Shown one piece after another: positions 60,112 to 64,000 of a DNA stretch of 64,000 bases (its first letter is position 1; each line of letters begins with the position of its first letter). The position numbers and the translations under genes were made by a program. Source of the stretch: a phage; the sequence record PZ738962.1; one strand, written 5' to 3'. The notes under the pieces are model-generated. The model was not told where the DNA came from and did no database searches. It saw nothing but the letters and a program-made list of their open reading frames with translations.

Positions 60112-61098
60112 CTCTTTTTCAAAAGTTTTTACGATATACATGATAGTGCTCAATTCAGACGGCGCTACTGTTTCGGTCCAGCCATCCGGCATATCTTCTT
60201 TTGAGATATAGGAAGTTTTACCTTTCATCGCTTCCTTGATCTTGTTCTCTAATTCTAAGATCTTTTGACCGTCTTGTAAAGTCAATTCATAAAAGATCTC
60301 GTGGTCGAATTTAGATTTCGCTGATTGAGCTTTTATTCTATCCTTTGTGGTTCTATTTGTTATACCAAATTTAACACCAAAAAATAAACCATTATTCAAC
60401 AATTTTTGGACATAAAAAGTTCCTTGTCTTGACGGAACGTAACCATATTTCGCACATTTACTACATCTATTACCACTTTCGAATCCAGTTATTGTTGGCG
60501 TAAACTTGTGTCCGTTGCAGCATTGTAGATTTAATTTTGTTTTATTTCCTACCCAATCACCAATAAACCCACTAAACTTTATATTTTCTTTACCAAATAT
60601 TGGCTTTAATCTTTGTAAATAATCTTCTTTTGTTATTGACTTTAATTCTTTAAGTTTATCGGCTTTACATTCGGGGCAACGACAACCGCTATTAAATGTA
60701 TCAATAGTTGGTGTAAACTTATGTCCCTTGTTACATTGTAGATTAAGTCTTGTTAGTTTTCCCTTCCATTCACCAATAAATCCATTGAATGTTATATTTT
60801 CCCTGTAAAATATTGGCTTGAATCTTTGCAAATAATCTTCTTTTGTTATTTTTGTGTATGCACATTTAGGACAGCGTCGACCACTATTAAAACTGTCGAT
60901 TCTTGGGGTGAATGTGTGTCCGTTGGTGCACTGTAGATGTAATTTTGTTCTATTCCCCCTCCACTCACCAATAAACCCGTTAAATATTATACCTTCCGAT
61001 AGACAAACTTCCATGATATTTGACTGATAATCTCCCGGTAATTTTGTTCTCCCGGATTTATAAACTAGTTCAATCTCATGCGCTTGACGTACTAACAT
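60100..61098 (-). CDS. protein with three tandem zinc-ribbon-like repeats and a C-terminal GIY-YIG-like (T5orf172-type) domain
   Basis: start moved to ATG 61098 (GGAGGA Shine-Dalgarno); three repeats F(N/S)GFIG.W.G..T.L.LQC..GH.FTP.I..F.SG.RC..C; C-terminal GTFYVQ...GVKFGITNRTTKDRIKAQ. Confidence 0.5.
   Translation of the reverse strand: MLVRQAHEIELVYKSGRTKLPGDYQSNIMEVCLSEGIIFNGFIGEWRGNRTKLHLQCTNGHTFTPRIDSFNSGRRCPKCAYTKITKEDYLQRFKPIFYRENITFNGFIGEWKGKLTRLNLQCNKGHKFTPTIDTFNSGCRCPECKADKLKELKSITKEDYLQRLKPIFGKENIKFSGFIGDWVGNKTKLNLQCCNGHKFTPTITGFESGNRCSKCAKYGYVPSRQGTFYVQKLLNNGLFFGVKFGITNRTTKDRIKAQSAKSKFDHEIFYELTLQDGQKILELENKIKEAMKGKTSYISKEDMPDGWTETVAPSELSTIMYIVKTFEKELTA
60442..60990 (-). repeat. 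three tandem direct repeats of about 190-210 bp within the coding sequence
   Basis: near-identical DNA blocks (e.g. ccaataaa...ttatattttc...aatattggctt...aatctttg.aaataatcttcttttgttat) seen three times. Confidence 0.55.
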
Positions 61099-61129
61099 AT
61101 TTTTTATCCTCCATTGTTTCGATGTGTGC

Positions 61130-61157
61130 ATTATACATTACCACATAAGCATGTCAA
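61130..61157 (-). promoter_or_regulatory. sigma70-like early promoter (TTGACA-16-TATAAT)
   Basis: read directly; -10 overlaps the ORF-track start of the downstream ORF. Confidence 0.45.
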
Positions 61158-61218
61158 CATCTTTTCATAAATTTTTAGGCAATAAAAAAGCCTCCCCGAA
61201 GGAAGGCTTTAAAATTCA

Positions 61219-62187
61219 TTACATCCCTAACAGAGCGTCAAGATCATCCAGATCAGAAGCGGAGGAAGTACCGCCACCCAGGTCCAGAGATGCCATCAGG
61301 TCATCAGCGGAAGAATCTAACGCCGTGCTAGCTGCGTTAATACCAACTACAGTGCTAGCTGCGGTCATACCAGAATCGAATGCATTCATCTGTGCGTCAA
61401 AATCGTCAAGCTGGCTGTTAATCGCTGCCGCAGCACTGGAAGCCGCAGCACCAGCTACCATAGAAACGCCCATAGTTTTCTTAAATTTGGTTTCCAGTTC
61501 ATCGAACGGTTTAAACTGGCTAGGCGCTACAATCTCACTCAGATCAACCATGTTTTCCATCAGATATTTCTGATATGCTTCGTCTTCAATTTTCGGAAGC
61601 TGTGATTGCTGCATGAAACGAGAATCATCATAGTTCTGGTGTTTATCAACCTTCTTAGCTTTCAGGAGGAAGTTAGCACCAGAGAACACACAAGTTACAT
61701 CTACCGGAACTTCGCCCATATCGGTATTCACGTTCACCATTGCAACGATCTTATCATAAATTTTCTGACCGAAGCGGAATTTGAATACCTTACCTTCATT
61801 TTCTGGTGCTTGAGGATCTTTCAGTACCAGAATGTTTGCGTAGTAAGACGCTTTACGCTTAATCAGTTGCCATTCGGTTTTATCGGTATTGTACAAGTCT
61901 TTTTCGTTAATATATTTGCACACAGGGCAAGAATCAAAATCACCGTGGGTGCTGGAGCAGTTTTCCCAATACCATTTGCCATTAACTTTGAAGGAATGGT
62001 TTACCAGTTTCACAATCGGCAGACCGTCTTCTGTCTTAGACGGCAGGAAGCGAATCAGGGCTTCACCGTTACCTGCTGCATCAGTCTTAATCTTCCACTC
62101 TTTCGGATCTTCTTTGGAGAAACCGTTGCCACCTTTCAGTGCGGCCAGTTGAGCTTGCAGTTTGGAAGAATCTTGGCGTTTAAACAT
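61219..62187 (-). CDS. 32: single-stranded DNA-binding protein gp32
   Basis: ORF-track start is GTG; ATG gives MFKRQDSS...; FLPSK...VNH.FK.NGKWY.E.CSSTHGD.DSCPVC, acidic C-terminal SDLDDLD match recalled T4 gp32. Confidence 0.9.
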   Translation of the reverse strand: MFKRQDSSKLQAQLAALKGGNGFSKEDPKEWKIKTDAAGNGEALIRFLPSKTEDGLPIVKLVNHSFKVNGKWYWENCSSTHGDFDSCPVCKYINEKDLYNTDKTEWQLIKRKASYYANILVLKDPQAPENEGKVFKFRFGQKIYDKIVAMVNVNTDMGEVPVDVTCVFSGANFLLKAKKVDKHQNYDDSRFMQQSQLPKIEDEAYQKYLMENMVDLSEIVAPSQFKPFDELETKFKKTMGVSMVAGAAASSAAAAINSQLDDFDAQMNAFDSGMTAASTVVGINAASTALDSSADDLMASLDLGGGTSSASDLDDLDALLGM

Positions 62188-62223
62188 ATTCACTATTCCT
62201 TCTTTTGATTAATTTACTAGACT

Positions 62224-62251
62224 ATTATACAGATTTAAATTTACTTGTCAA
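62224..62251 (-). promoter_or_regulatory. sigma70-like promoter upstream of gene 32 (TTGACA-16-TATAAT)
   Basis: read directly. Confidence 0.45.
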
Positions 62252-62928
62252 CTATTTGTTTCGGCTTTTAATTGAGATATTTCTTTACACTCTTTAACTA
62301 CTTTAACAAATAATGCTCTTGCTTTTGCGGCGTCAATAACAAGTAGTTTCTTGTACGCCTTCATTTTAACACTATAAGTTTGCCAAATCAAGTCTTTGGC
62401 TACCTTGTCGTGTTCGTCGATTATATTTAGAAAGCTATCTAACAACATAAACGACTCAAACGATATAATCCGATTTTGCAGTAGTTTAAAGATACCGCTA
62501 GTTTCGGTTGCGGGATTATATGTAATTAGCTCTTTAAGAGTAACCCCGCGTTTCTCTGAGAAGTATACAAGACTTTTAATGTCATCGTCAAATCGTGTTG
62601 CCGCATCAGTGATTTTACCGATGTACTCCATGTAAAACCCGTATGCGTCAACATCGGTGATTTCACCTACCCATGCATCGGTATTAGCTACCAGATTGCT
62701 TAGGAATAGGAAGTATAATTCTCTTAGATTGTACTTTTCCGCTAATTTTGCGAAATAATACTTATCTCTGCGTTTATTGAATGCGGCATCAGACAACCGC
62801 ATCCTCCAATTGTATTTTACGCAATCATAACGCCCGTTCATGTGAGCTTTCATCATGCAATATAACATATACACAGATTTAGCATTAATTCGCATATCTG
62901 GATCTGGAGGAAGACGGTTTCTGATCAT
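62248..62928 (-). CDS. 59: gp59 helicase loader
   Basis: 226 aa; KSVYMLYCMMKAHMNGRYD.VKYNW.MR.SDAA..KRRDKY.F.KL.EKY and IFKLLQ..IISFE.F.LLDSFLNIID.HD match recalled T4 gp59. Confidence 0.85.
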   Translation of the reverse strand: MIRNRLPPDPDMRINAKSVYMLYCMMKAHMNGRYDCVKYNWRMRLSDAAFNKRRDKYYFAKLAEKYNLRELYFLFLSNLVANTDAWVGEITDVDAYGFYMEYIGKITDAATRFDDDIKSLVYFSEKRGVTLKELITYNPATETSGIFKLLQNRIISFESFMLLDSFLNIIDEHDKVAKDLIWQTYSVKMKAYKKLLVIDAAKARALFVKVVKECKEISQLKAETNS

Positions 62929-62937
62929 ACATACCCC

Positions 62938-63207
62938 TTAAATATCGAGAGTGTTGGTCGGTTCGTCGATCACTCCCTTCCTGAGCGTTCTATTTACTAT
63001 ACATTCTTGTGTGATCTTGTCAATAATGGACACCGGAATATATTTCTGATAGTGACCATATTCTATAGAGTTTTCCTCTACAAACTGAGTTGTCGCTTCA
63101 AGATAAGTCAATCCCTCTTCAACAACCAGTTTTTCGATTGCAAGACCGTTTGCTGTTTTATTCGCGGCTTTTACCGCATGTTCATTAAGCATTGAACACC
63201 CGATCAT
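62938..63207 (-). CDS. 33: late transcription co-activator gp33
   Basis: 89 aa; IEKLVVEEGLTYLEATTQFVEENSI...NTLDI parallels T4 gp33 IEKMVEEFGMSYLEATTAFLEENSI...NTLDF. Confidence 0.65.
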   Translation of the reverse strand: MIGCSMLNEHAVKAANKTANGLAIEKLVVEEGLTYLEATTQFVEENSIEYGHYQKYIPVSIIDKITQECIVNRTLRKGVIDEPTNTLDI

Positions 63208-63460
63208 AGAGTTCTACTGCTTCATCGCGTTCTGCTTCGAAGGTTTCGCGCTGTTGCTGGTGATACAGTTTAAACAGAATGCCCCACATTTTACCATCTA
63301 CGCCTAATTCTTCTTTAGCACGCTGTTTGATCTCTTTGATCTTATCGCCATATGCTTCTTGAATGGTTTTCTGATCGCTGGCTTCTTTAATCAGTTGTGC
63401 CAGGGTATTTCCGTGCACTGCTTCGTCAAATACTACTTTTTCTTTTTTCTGTTCAGTCAT
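63185..63460 (-). CDS. dsbA: DsbA-like double-stranded DNA-binding protein (by position)
   Basis: 91 aa; position upstream of 33 as in T4. Confidence 0.45.
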   Translation of the reverse strand: MTEQKKEKVVFDEAVHGNTLAQLIKEASDQKTIQEAYGDKIKEIKQRAKEELGVDGKMWGILFKLYHQQQRETFEAERDEAVELYDRVFNA

Positions 63461-63464
63461 AATA

Positions 63465-64000
63465 TTAACCCTCTTTCGTCATTAATTGAAAACCACGTTC
63501 AGCTTTTGAAATTTCGCTAGGACTTAAATCGTCACCAACATATTCTAGCATCATTTCTCGGATAATGTCAAGTGCTTTTTCATCACCTGATTTTAACTCG
63601 AACTCAAGTTCATAGTGAGCCTCTCCCATTCTTTCGCCGACTTTGCAATAATAGAAAGTGTCTTTGCACATTTCCACTATAGCACCCTCAAGGTCAAGTG
63701 TCAATGACTTACGGTATGTCATTACTTGCAATAAAGGAACGATAAGGTCGGAGTTTACGCCTAGACTATCAACATAATGATAGAAATCATCCATTGTTGA
63801 AAAAGTAATTTCTTCTCGGTTGAAGAGTCCAGATTCACTATCACCTATTTTGACCATGATCAATGATCTATTAACGTCAAGTCGAGCATAAATTCCTTTT
63901 CGACGCAGTGCATGATCTTCGGTATCATAATAAAATTCGTGTTTTAGAGTGTTAGCACGATCTACTAGATTGTATCCGTCATACATTGCTACCCACAAAT
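63465..64000 (-). CDS. hypothetical protein, probably truncated by the window end
   Basis: ORF-track start at 63998 is TTG and the frame stays open to the window edge. Confidence 0.35.
   Translation of the reverse strand, partial: LWVAMYDGYNLVDRANTLKHEFYYDTEDHALRRKGIYARLDVNRSLIMVKIGDSESGLFNREEITFSTMDDFYHYVDSLGVNSDLIVPLLQVMTYRKSLTLDLEGAIVEMCKDTFYYCKVGERMGEAHYELEFELKSGDEKALDIIREMMLEYVGDDLSPSEISKAERGFQLMTKEG

Noticed and set aside
61606-62208. 200 aa plus-strand ORF
   Set aside because: Antisense to gene 32 (strong match to recalled T4 gp32); shadow ORF.

Overview
This window reads as a T4-like (Tevenvirinae-type) myovirus genome segment; all calls are by eye from the six-frame track and from recalled T4 protein sequences and gene order, with no database search run. 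Plus-strand late module: wac, 13, 14, a GIY-YIG homing endonuclease, 15, 16, 17 (interrupted by an intein), 18, 19, 20, 67, 68, 21, 22, 23, 24. Then hoc/inh on the minus strand, uvsW, uvsY-25-26 (minus), and the baseplate genes 51-27-28-29-48-54. A minus-strand accessory region follows (alt, an Alt-like ADP-ribosyltransferase paralog, then about 30 small genes each behind a sigma70-like promoter cassette), ending in ligase 30, 31, cd, pseT, rnlA, denA, nrdB, nrdA, td, frd, 32, 59, 33, dsbA. The strongest candidates for an undescribed system are a translationally coupled operon (minimal C5-methyltransferase-like protein, zinc ribbon, stand-alone DUF262/ParB-like protein) and a six-member paralog family with an H-x-H-W motif. 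Other notable items are a class-3-type intein with LAGLIDADG motifs in the terminase P-loop, a NADAR-like protein near the ADP-ribosyltransferases, and a thymidylate synthase carrying a roughly 130 aa insertion. No tRNA, rRNA or CRISPR array was seen. Coordinates of short motifs were hand-counted and may be off by 1-2 nt; several ORF-track starts are GTG/TTG and were moved to the nearest ATG with a Shine-Dalgarno.
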